Sequence record: ON287375.1
Reading direction: 5' to 3' (one strand)
Length of the DNA: 64,000 bases
Made by a program: the position numbers and the translations under genes. Position 1 is the stretch's first letter. Each line of letters opens with the position of its first letter. Of this stretch, positions 55,936-64,000 are shown piece after piece. Under the pieces are notes generated by a model that saw only the letters and a program-made list of their open reading frames with translations, made no database searches and had not been told where the DNA came from.

Positions 55936-56493
55936 ATGTTAGTCAATAAAGAAAACATTGTAGCCTTGGCAGAAGAAATTCTTGAGTCCATCAACAAGGC
56001 AGGTCCTGAAGATTATTCCATTGAAGTCAATGATGACATTTCTTTGGTAGTTAAGGTCACCCCTCCAGGAACATGGTCCTTTAAAACCGCTCTGGAACGC
56101 TCTGGTAAAACCTATGTGGTTTATGCCAATGGTAAACGTAAAGGGATCATACTCCATAGCAAAGGTGTTTCTCTTGATATGGTAATTGAAAGCCTTACTC
56201 GTATCGTGGGTAAAGATATCTTGCAAAAGGTCGACGATATCACTTCTCACATTCTGGGTGGTCCAACTGGTATGGTTCATCCAACCTACGTATCAGGTAG
56301 TATCGATATTGAGAAGCGCCGCGAAACCAAACAGGCGATTCAAATGTACCGGGTTCGTGTTAATGGGGTGGTGGTAGCTAACATCCCTCATGAAGGCTTT
56401 ATCGACCGCTCTGAAGATCTGTACAGTGTGGTTAATGCAGTGATTCATCAAGCGGCAATGGATGGTGAGTATCACCTGACGGCGTTCGAATAA
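55936..56493 (+). CDS. Dispersed member of the 10277/10903 paralog family, 185 aa
   Basis: MLVNKENIVALAE start; repeated Y.V.ANG / YRVRVNG strands. Confidence 0.85.
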   Translation: MLVNKENIVALAEEILESINKAGPEDYSIEVNDDISLVVKVTPPGTWSFKTALERSGKTYVVYANGKRKGIILHSKGVSLDMVIESLTRIVGKDILQKVDDITSHILGGPTGMVHPTYVSGSIDIEKRRETKQAIQMYRVRVNGVVVANIPHEGFIDRSEDLYSVVNAVIHQAAMDGEYHLTAFE

Positions 56494-56551
56494 CAAACAT
56501 AACCCCTACCCCTCCTCTCTGAGTGGGTAGGGGTATGCTTTATTCACATTA

Positions 56552-56580
56552 TTTTTCAGACATATATAATTAAAGTGTAA
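56552..56580 (+). promoter_or_regulatory. Putative early promoter (variant)
   Basis: TTTTTCAGACATATATAATTAAAGTGTAA. Confidence 0.55.
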
Positions 56581-56648
56581 TAACAATAATGTTATTACCT
56601 GGATGTTAGCGCATCCAGTTCGTTAATTATAAAATGAGGAACCAACTC

Positions 56649-56801
56649 ATGTTTGAAAATTATGCTGCGGCTGTTGCTCGCATACAATCACCACATCTGT
56701 ATTATTATAACTTCGAAGAAGGTCGTCAGACCAACTGGAAAGAAAGAACAGTTCAGCGAGAGAAAGATCGTCGACTGGTTGAACAGTTTGGCTTGATGTA
56801 A
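56649..56801 (+). CDS. 50-aa micro-protein missed by the ORF track
   Basis: MFENYAAAVARIQSPHLYYYNFEEGRQTNWKERTVQREKDRRLVEQFGLM; RBS GAGGAA; flanked by promoter and terminator. Confidence 0.75.
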   Translation: MFENYAAAVARIQSPHLYYYNFEEGRQTNWKERTVQREKDRRLVEQFGLM

Positions 56802-56807
56802 TAACTA

Positions 56808-56833
56808 CCTCTACCTCCATTTGGAGGTAGAGG
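56808..56833. terminator. Bidirectional terminator
   Basis: CCTCTACCTCC-attt-GGAGGTAGAGG. Confidence 0.8.
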
Positions 56834-56857
56834 GTTAACTTAGTTACTTATTTTTTT

Positions 56858-58597
56858 TTATGCTGCTTTCTTAGCTTCTTCGATGAATGGAATTACAGAC
56901 TCTTCGTAGAAACTATTGATCTCAGTTAACTGAGGCATACCATAAATGGTATTGCACAGTGTAACTGCGTTAGCAATTGGAGATGATGCATAGTTCACAC
57001 CAACACGACGGAACTCGAAACGATCCAGACCTTCAATCTCACAAACTTCCAACTTAGTTGTTTTGTTGGATACGTTAAGTGAAACTGTAATGTGAGGATA
57101 AGCACCAGTTACATCGATATCATCCGTATCACCACGACCACGAGAACGCCATGAAGGAAGACCTGCATAGATTGGCTTGCCTTTATCTTCATTAAGCTCA
57201 GCGTGCAGCAGAGCGATCCAGTCACGAAGATCTGGTTTGATCTCTTTCCAGACATCTTCCTTCTTACGACCTACAGTACCCCAAACATATCCATGTTCCA
57301 AAGCAATGAATGATAACTTATCAGAAATCATTGAAGGCTGTGACTGATATGAACGAAGTTCAGAAGAAGTAATCAGAGAAGGTAATGACAGAGAGTAGTC
57401 ATTAGTTACACGGTTAAGATCTTCAATTACCCAGTTATCTCGAATGTTATACATTGCGTAGATATAAGGGAAGTTCTTCTGCATGAACTTGTGCCATTCA
57501 GTAGAACCTGCTTGAAGATGATCTGCCTCTGGAGTATATAACTTACCTTCCACCCCTTCAGCCTTAGCTGTGTTCTGCAAAGAGTAAGATTCCTTCTTAC
57601 CACCAGGAGCACGTTTAATTGCATAGAAAGACATCCCATCAAACCACTGCCATTTAGCAGGCGCTTGTAAAACAGGAAAACGTTCTTGTGCTTCTAATGG
57701 AGATTTAGATCCATCAACCTTAGTTTTAAACTCACGACCTTTAAAATAGAAATAGTCACGATAAGGTTCTGGTACTTCAGGATCGCTATAAACTTCAGCT
57801 AAATTATAACCTTCATTAGTTAAAGCATCTTCGTTGGCCTGCATATCAAAGTTTGCGTTCCAGCTAACAATGTAATCAGGACCAATACGGTGGAATGCTT
57901 GGATGTTATTATAAACAACTTGACCTGGGGTATCATAGAGTTCAAACACAATCTTAACTTTGTGTTTTTCCATGTACTCTTTTAAATGTTCCTCAGCTGC
58001 TTCATTCAGTTTACGATAAATAGTCTCATCGTCATCACCAGGGAAGAAGCTTCGTATCCCAGCCCAATAGACTGTATCGCCACAGGTAATAGAAGCCATA
58101 TTAACACAGCCAGTTGAACCATCTTGATTGATGTATGTTTCAACGTCATACGCTGCTACTTTATAAGCTTCCTGTGGTTGATGATCTGGATACTTCTTAT
58201 AGAACCGTTCTTTAAAGATAACCGGAACAGTTTCCTGACAACCAAAGACATAAGGGCTATTCTTTAGTTCACCAATCTGTGCTTTACGATCTGGTCGACC
58301 ATATAGACATTTACTGATCTGCATTGCAAGACGAGATTCATTGGAGCTGTGTTTATCACACTTAGCTATCTCAATGTAGTCTCGTTTATCTTGGAAAGTT
58401 TGATACTTCTTCTTGACTATATAAAAGTCACGTTTAAAGTTTTCTATTTTTACTAATCGATCTTTACGAGTTCCATCTTTATGGATATCGGTAATTTTGG
58501 CGGTAAGTAAATCATTACCGTCCATAAATCTGTTGAACGATAAGTAAGCATGTTTACAAACGCGCCCAACAATTGGATTGTCAGTTTGATCTGTCAT
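56858..58597 (-). CDS. Split family-B DNA polymerase, N-terminal exonuclease plus motif A subunit (phiKZ gp82-like)
   Basis: ExoI AYDVETY, ExoII WNANFD, ExoIII YNIRD, motif A DIDVTGAYP. Confidence 0.9.
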   Translation of the reverse strand: MTDQTDNPIVGRVCKHAYLSFNRFMDGNDLLTAKITDIHKDGTRKDRLVKIENFKRDFYIVKKKYQTFQDKRDYIEIAKCDKHSSNESRLAMQISKCLYGRPDRKAQIGELKNSPYVFGCQETVPVIFKERFYKKYPDHQPQEAYKVAAYDVETYINQDGSTGCVNMASITCGDTVYWAGIRSFFPGDDDETIYRKLNEAAEEHLKEYMEKHKVKIVFELYDTPGQVVYNNIQAFHRIGPDYIVSWNANFDMQANEDALTNEGYNLAEVYSDPEVPEPYRDYFYFKGREFKTKVDGSKSPLEAQERFPVLQAPAKWQWFDGMSFYAIKRAPGGKKESYSLQNTAKAEGVEGKLYTPEADHLQAGSTEWHKFMQKNFPYIYAMYNIRDNWVIEDLNRVTNDYSLSLPSLITSSELRSYQSQPSMISDKLSFIALEHGYVWGTVGRKKEDVWKEIKPDLRDWIALLHAELNEDKGKPIYAGLPSWRSRGRGDTDDIDVTGAYPHITVSLNVSNKTTKLEVCEIEGLDRFEFRRVGVNYASSPIANAVTLCNTIYGMPQLTEINSFYEESVIPFIEEAKKAA

Positions 58598-58685
58598 TAT
58601 AAATACCCGAATGTTATGACGTCTTAAGTTGAATTTTCTAAACTATTCAGCTTGCCCTTTTAAATTACTCCGGAGTTTTACTCAT

Positions 58686-60029
58686 ATGTTAGGAATCGAT
58701 TTCCTTCAACCGCCACGGCCGATCACCGTAGCTGGTGTGGAATTTATGGATTACCAGGACCAGAAGTGCTACCTCGATTTGGTTAGCATCTTCAACAAAA
58801 CCCTGGTTGATGAAGTTACCGAAAACGGTAACCGTGTTGCCTTTACTGGTGGACGTGATACACTCATCGCTATCGAAGAACTTATCTTTAATACCTTTGG
58901 TATTAAGACCGATGTTCGTGCTCCTTCTGAAACCGTTGACAACATGGCTGTTGATTCTGGTTGGTTTAGTCCTAACCACGTATTCAACAACAAAGGTCTT
59001 GACGGTGTAATGAATCCTTCTGATAGTAATATCGGTCGTGCATTCCGTCGTCTCCGCACTGACGTACTGAGAGGCTGGGTTGATACAGCCAAAGGTAAAG
59101 TTGGTGGTGATTACAGTAAGGTTACCTTTACCCTTTATACCAGCAAATATATCGATTCATTCCTGAAGTCGAATATCCTGAGTCGGTATAACCTCACCAT
59201 GTCAGAAGGTGTTGCTGCATTCCTGCTTCATGAAGTAGGTCATATCTTTACTTCCTTCCTGTTTGTAACCCGTAATGTCATTGACACTATTATGCCAGCT
59301 ATTGCTGCTCGCATGGTCATTGATGGTCGTAAATATGGTAAAGAGCGTTCTGCCATTATCCACCAGACTTTGAGTGAGTTGGAATGTACTACTCGTCCAA
59401 CTGTAGAAGAACTGGATAAAATGGGTGGTCAGGAAATCATCGTGATGTTTGATAAAGCTATCAACACTCGTGATATTCGTCGTACTCTGTCACTGGGCGC
59501 AACTGACCGTGGTGCTGAAATCTATGCCGATCTGTTTGCAGTACGTTGCGGTGTCCCTAAAGCACTGGTAGGTGCCTTGCTGGCTCTGGATTATGGTGAT
59601 ATCCTGAAACGTTTCAGTATTTCCATGACTAGTGTTGCTATCGCTTCTGCTATTGCTGTAATGCCAGTATTTGCTGTACTGTCAGCAGTCATTGGTGTTC
59701 TGTCAGGTTTACTCCATGCCCATGCAATGACTAACCCTAATGAACTTTACGACTCCCCTTATCGTCGAGTGAAGAACCTGCTACGCGATCAGATCATCGC
59801 TCTGAATGGTGCCAAATATATTGATAACCGCACCAAAGCTCAAATGCTGAAAGATGCTAAAGAGTTGGAAGAAATGATCTCTGAATCCAAACCTTTCTTT
59901 GAAGGTACTGCGGTTCAACGTCTGTTGGGTTGGATCTTCTCTGGTAGTGATTTCAAAGCCGCTGAGTTTGAACACTATACAGATGAACTGGTTGCCCATT
60001 CTCTGTCTATCTATAAAGATGCCTTTTAA
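58686..60029 (+). CDS. Probable virion protein with an M48-like zinc-metalloprotease signature and hydrophobic segment
   Basis: LLHEVGH, then EIYADLFAVRCG..ALVGAL; hydrophobic VAIASAIAVMPVFAVLSAVIGVLSGLL. ATG 58686, RBS GGAG. Confidence 0.75.
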   Translation: MLGIDFLQPPRPITVAGVEFMDYQDQKCYLDLVSIFNKTLVDEVTENGNRVAFTGGRDTLIAIEELIFNTFGIKTDVRAPSETVDNMAVDSGWFSPNHVFNNKGLDGVMNPSDSNIGRAFRRLRTDVLRGWVDTAKGKVGGDYSKVTFTLYTSKYIDSFLKSNILSRYNLTMSEGVAAFLLHEVGHIFTSFLFVTRNVIDTIMPAIAARMVIDGRKYGKERSAIIHQTLSELECTTRPTVEELDKMGGQEIIVMFDKAINTRDIRRTLSLGATDRGAEIYADLFAVRCGVPKALVGALLALDYGDILKRFSISMTSVAIASAIAVMPVFAVLSAVIGVLSGLLHAHAMTNPNELYDSPYRRVKNLLRDQIIALNGAKYIDNRTKAQMLKDAKELEEMISESKPFFEGTAVQRLLGWIFSGSDFKAAEFEHYTDELVAHSLSIYKDAF

Positions 60030-60038
60030 GGATTTATC

Positions 60039-60473
60039 ATGAGTCACTTAGCTCACATTGTAAAACTGAAACAGAACCTGATCGCTGAGGGTGTAACTAA
60101 CCCTGAGACTCAAATCGCTATCGCTCGTACTGCCTATGTTAAAGCTCTGATTACTGTTAACACTTCCAATAAACTGGATGAAGAACAGTGCATCGACTTT
60201 AACCGTTATGTGTTGAGCTACTGGAATGAAACTACACCTGTTAACGGTCTGATCGTCATGAAGGCTATTGGTGACTTCTTCCGTAATCTGGATAACTTCC
60301 TGCAACACACTTTCACTGACTGTGTGCTAAAGATTCAGATCGTTCCTTATGTAGAGAACCCAGCTGATTTGGAATACACTGAACTGGAAACTTATAAGTC
60401 TCTGGTCCAGCAGTTGGTTGATGAAGCTAACTATAAGCTTCCTCAGTTCATGGAAACCGATCAGATCGTTTAA
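60039..60473 (+). CDS. Hypothetical, probably virion protein, 144 aa
   Basis: RBS TAAGGA; located in the structural operon. Confidence 0.8.
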   Translation: MSHLAHIVKLKQNLIAEGVTNPETQIAIARTAYVKALITVNTSNKLDEEQCIDFNRYVLSYWNETTPVNGLIVMKAIGDFFRNLDNFLQHTFTDCVLKIQIVPYVENPADLEYTELETYKSLVQQLVDEANYKLPQFMETDQIV

Positions 60474-60487
60474 TATAAGGAATCATC

Positions 60488-62068
60488 ATGTCTGAAGTTA
60501 AACAAGTTAAAGATGATGATTCTGTAGAGCTGGGGTCTGTACTCCAGCTTGCTCCTCATACTCCTACTAACAAAGTAGATACCATTACTCGTGGTAAGGA
60601 TGGGGAAGAATACATCTCACTGGACGACGTTTATAGCACAACTGGTCAGGAGTCCTTCCAACAGGTTGTGGATAACTGCCGTGCATATATCAAAAGCAAA
60701 CGTTTGAGTAAAGGTGCGTTTACTGCTCTGCGCATTGATGGTGTGGAAGGTTTGGTTCCTGGCTACGATCGCATCAATGCTGTTAAAGGTGCTGAATCAT
60801 TCCTGGAAACCCTGAAGAAAGGTTTCATCACTATTATCAAAGCAGTTAAACGTTTCTGCATTGCAGTAGTGGATTGGATCGTTCTGCGTGTTCGTACTTT
60901 GCTTGGTTTCGAGAAAACTGAGAAAGAACTCGCTATCGTTGCTGAGTACTCTGATTCTGTTAAAGTTAAGTTGGCTAAGCTTCTAGCTATGATGGCTAAT
61001 GAAGATGGCGTCAAACTTGATGCACCAGAACTCTTTGCTGCTCTCCCAGGTAACTTATCCGCTCAAGATGCATTCACTATCATTCAACACAAAAACAGAA
61101 CTACTTTACAACAAGCAGAAGCTTTGACTAATGTAGATAAAGATCTGGAACGTGCTGAAGAAGTTATCTTGTCTGCTGGCCAGCGCGCTCGTGGTTCTGC
61201 AAGTCGTTATCAGCAGGCTACTCGTAAACTGGAACAAGCTTTCAAGAACAAAGATACTTTCAGTGAAGCAGATATTCTTGAATATCGTCATGCGCTTGAC
61301 CGTGAGATTCTGGAAGAACTTGATGCCAAACCACTGGCTGATATGGTATCCGATATCGTTAAGAAAGTCTGGGGTCTGGATCTGGGTGACATTGGTATTG
61401 AAACCAACTTCAAAGCCGTCATGGAACAAAACCGTGCTGCCATTGAAGCAACTACCAAAGTACGCCTGAATGAAGAGTTTTATCAAGACTACCGTAACGT
61501 AGCTAGCAAGCTTGGCAAAATCCTGCTGAACTCTTCTAAGAAACGCTATGATGCAAATCAACTGGCCAACCTTAAATCACTGATCGAAGTTAAGGATGCA
61601 GAGCTGGTACAAGCCGTTGAAGCATTTGCTCCTGGTTCTGGTGTTCTTACCGCAAGCTACTCAGCTTACTCTGGTTTGATCACTCGTTACATCAGTCAGT
61701 TGGAATATCTGATTACCATCGTTTCTCAGGTTCGTCGTTCTATTGCCGGTATCGTTAACTGGGCTAACAAAGTTGATAAACTGATGCTTGCTTATATCAG
61801 TCGCGATGTTAAGAACATTTTGGATACTGAAGCTTTGGTTCTCCCTCCAGAAGCTATTGATGAAGTCCGTGCTGAAAATGGTGGTGAACGTAAACGTTCT
61901 ACTCTGGATGTGGATTATGATGCATTGTTTATTAACAAGCATCCTAAACTGTCCGGTATCCTTGAAGCATGGCGTGGTCAAGTTATGAACTTCCGTAAGA
62001 AGAACATCGGGATCATCAACAGCATCAATGAAGAACTGAAAAAGATCGGCATTGCTAAAGGTATTTAA
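60488..62068 (+). CDS. Inner-head/ejection protein of the phiKZ head-paralog type, protease-processed
   Basis: S/A/G-X-E sites (GQE at aa 53-55, GAE at aa 101-103) before amphipathic SFLETLKKGFITIIKAVKRFCIAVVDWI. Confidence 0.7.
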   Translation: MSEVKQVKDDDSVELGSVLQLAPHTPTNKVDTITRGKDGEEYISLDDVYSTTGQESFQQVVDNCRAYIKSKRLSKGAFTALRIDGVEGLVPGYDRINAVKGAESFLETLKKGFITIIKAVKRFCIAVVDWIVLRVRTLLGFEKTEKELAIVAEYSDSVKVKLAKLLAMMANEDGVKLDAPELFAALPGNLSAQDAFTIIQHKNRTTLQQAEALTNVDKDLERAEEVILSAGQRARGSASRYQQATRKLEQAFKNKDTFSEADILEYRHALDREILEELDAKPLADMVSDIVKKVWGLDLGDIGIETNFKAVMEQNRAAIEATTKVRLNEEFYQDYRNVASKLGKILLNSSKKRYDANQLANLKSLIEVKDAELVQAVEAFAPGSGVLTASYSAYSGLITRYISQLEYLITIVSQVRRSIAGIVNWANKVDKLMLAYISRDVKNILDTEALVLPPEAIDEVRAENGGERKRSTLDVDYDALFINKHPKLSGILEAWRGQVMNFRKKNIGIINSINEELKKIGIAKGI

Positions 62069-62069
62069 A

Positions 62070-62723
62070 ATGCAGAAAGAAGAAATCATTGCGCTTCTTG
62101 ACCAACTGTATCTCGATCAAGAGAAATATAATAAGTTCACCGACTATGTTAGTGACTTTGTTTCTCAACCTCGTTGTAAGAAAGGGATCATCTCCTTTAT
62201 TGAAGATGTCTTTAACTTACCAGAGATCGCTGGCAAGAATCAACTAGCCATCCAGTTACTGTCTTCCAAGACAACTGGTAACTCTCTGAAGGCTGCTGAC
62301 TTCATTCTCAGTCATCCTATAACCAAAGGGTACAACAAAGCTCTGATCGATGCTCGTCTGATGATCATGACTAAAGTTGCCGACTATATCCTGGATATGT
62401 CTAAACGTATTCAAGAAACCACCCTTGAAGACAGACCAGAACGTCAGGTTTATCTGCGGCGTGCAGTAGCTCGTTTGATTACAGCAACTAGTTACTCTCT
62501 GCAGACTCCTATTACGGCAGAACAGTGGGCTAATGTTGAACCATACAAATGGACAAACTATCTCACTACAACGCTGGAAGAACTGACCGATGGCATTAAG
62601 AATGAGAAACGTATCGTTGAATGGTCCGATACCACTTATGCTGGTATGGAACTTGACAACTTGAATGTTATTCGTTCTCTGTGTTCCTATCTGGAATATC
62701 TGGAAAGCTTCTTAGTGTTCTAA
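62070..62723 (+). CDS. Probable virion protein, about 217 aa
   Basis: ATG 62070 right after the upstream stop; bidirectional terminator 62733-62765. Confidence 0.75.
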   Translation: MQKEEIIALLDQLYLDQEKYNKFTDYVSDFVSQPRCKKGIISFIEDVFNLPEIAGKNQLAIQLLSSKTTGNSLKAADFILSHPITKGYNKALIDARLMIMTKVADYILDMSKRIQETTLEDRPERQVYLRRAVARLITATSYSLQTPITAEQWANVEPYKWTNYLTTTLEELTDGIKNEKRIVEWSDTTYAGMELDNLNVIRSLCSYLEYLESFLVF

Positions 62724-62770
62724 ACAAACATACTCCCTACCCTTCCTTACGGAGGGGTAGGGGGATATGA

Positions 62771-64000
62771 TTAGTTCATGTTTTCTGGCATGTGACGTTT
62801 GAACTGAATATCGATATCTTCTTTAATAGACAGATAACGGTCAGCAGTTTGGTCAATCACTTTACGTACAGAGAAACCGTTCGTAGTATCAACGTTAGTA
62901 ATGATATCGATTGCCGAAGTACCTGCAGAAGAGGTAACTTTAACATCAATAACATCACTACCACCTGCAGTCTTAAGTTCCGTGATAGCTTCACTGACAC
63001 TGACAGTATCATTACGAAGAATCGTGTTAAGAATGTGGTGAGTTGCAATAACCAGGTTATCTTTGAGGTTCTGATTACGCAGACCTTCTCTGGTAAGAGA
63101 ATAGGTAACGGTGAACGACAGATCGGTTTTGAGCATGCGCTCAATAGCTTCGTTGATAATACAACGAGTGTAACCCATAGTAGAACGAGGTTTGAACACC
63201 AGTCTGGTTTCATCAAGAGTAATCTTGTTGAATTGATCCAACTGAGCAATAACTTCATCAACGAAGAAGTCATCGATACGATCCATATAGTCAGTATCGT
63301 ATTCGTCTTGAGAAACCATGTAGTTAAAGTCGAACCCGATGAAGTCAAAGTAGTACAACATCTTGCGAGGTTCTAACAATACAGGTTCACCCAAGTCATT
63401 ATAGACTGTCTGACCTTTAGTGAATTTCCAAACAGGCTTACCATCTGGAGTGAATCGTTGTTCACCTTTCTTATGGGTGATGATTGGCAGATTAGTCTTA
63501 GGATCAATAACCAATTGTTGCATTGGTTTACCATTGACAATCACCGTCTCATACTTATACTCGGTTTCTTCATAGACTGCAGGAACGTTAGCAGTATATT
63601 TCTTATACTGAGCAAGACCAGTAATAGGACGAATACGAGTGTAAAGAGATTTAAGCTGACGACCAAACTCAAGAACATAATCAGTTTCGATCATGGCGAT
63701 AGTCGTTGACTTAAACAGTGTCTGGTCAATCTTCATATCAGAAGCTGACTTCAGCTCTAAGTTCTTACCGCTGTAAGTAAAGATGAAGTTAGCAACAGTA
63801 TCCAAGTCAACATAAGTTTTCTCTTGTTGACGACCGAACTGATTGAAGCCACCCAAATCGATCTGATCGTTAGAATCGACATCAAAACGAGTAGGCATGG
63901 TGAATCTGAAGATACGCTCACCTTCCTCAGTCTTACCTAGGTATTCTGCACGAGCCGTAGCAGGTGAAGTTGTACCGGTAGGAGTCAGACTAAGCTGGAC
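62771..64000 (-). CDS. C-terminal part of a large virion structural protein (probably baseplate), truncated by the window edge
   Basis: Frame stays open to 64000 (VQLSLTPTG...RFTMPTRF), so ATG 63898 is internal. Located in the structural block. Confidence 0.7.
   Translation of the reverse strand, partial: VQLSLTPTGTTSPATARAEYLGKTEEGERIFRFTMPTRFDVDSNDQIDLGGFNQFGRQQEKTYVDLDTVANFIFTYSGKNLELKSASDMKIDQTLFKSTTIAMIETDYVLEFGRQLKSLYTRIRPITGLAQYKKYTANVPAVYEETEYKYETVIVNGKPMQQLVIDPKTNLPIITHKKGEQRFTPDGKPVWKFTKGQTVYNDLGEPVLLEPRKMLYYFDFIGFDFNYMVSQDEYDTDYMDRIDDFFVDEVIAQLDQFNKITLDETRLVFKPRSTMGYTRCIINEAIERMLKTDLSFTVTYSLTREGLRNQNLKDNLVIATHHILNTILRNDTVSVSEAITELKTAGGSDVIDVKVTSSAGTSAIDIITNVDTTNGFSVRKVIDQTADRYLSIKEDIDIQFKRHMPENMN

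Noticed and set aside
62792-63376. 194-aa plus-strand ORF
   Set aside because: Antisense shadow of the minus-strand structural gene.
1-64000. Recoded genetic code, integrase, transposase, homing endonuclease or intein
   Set aside because: Core genes are full length under the standard code, and no such motifs were recognised.

Overview
This 64 kb window comes from a phiKZ-like, nucleus-forming jumbo phage (Chimalliviridae type). It is AT-rich, uses the standard genetic code, and its codon usage suggests a gammaproteobacterial host. Homology labels come from recalled motifs plus gene order relative to phiKZ; no database search was run. Layout: (i) 1-1620 holds a Tad2-family anti-defence gene flanked by largely non-coding, hairpin-dense DNA. 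(ii) 1.7-17.9 kb is a + strand array of about 30 small accessory genes, including paralog families, bitopic membrane proteins and a HigA-like HTH. (iii) 18-47.6 kb is the core block: PhuZ tubulin, C-terminal half of the split family-B DNA polymerase, chimallin ChmA, non-virion RNAP subunits, SbcD-like nuclease, ChmC, PicA and an SF2 helicase, with an Acb2-Acb1 anti-CBASS pair inserted. (iv) 47.6-64 kb holds a virion RNAP beta' subunit, the N-terminal half of the DNA polymerase, and virion proteins. Best leads: a candidate programmed -1 frameshift (T TTT TTC at 54737-54743), a 700-nt hairpin array upstream of tad2, three nucleotide-signal antagonists (Tad2, Acb2, Acb1), a host-SSB-like tail on ChmC, a structured element repeated 46 kb apart, stand-alone early micro-operons, and a probable virion protein with an M48-like zinc protease motif. 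No tRNA, rRNA, CRISPR array, integrase, transposase, intron or intein could be supported.
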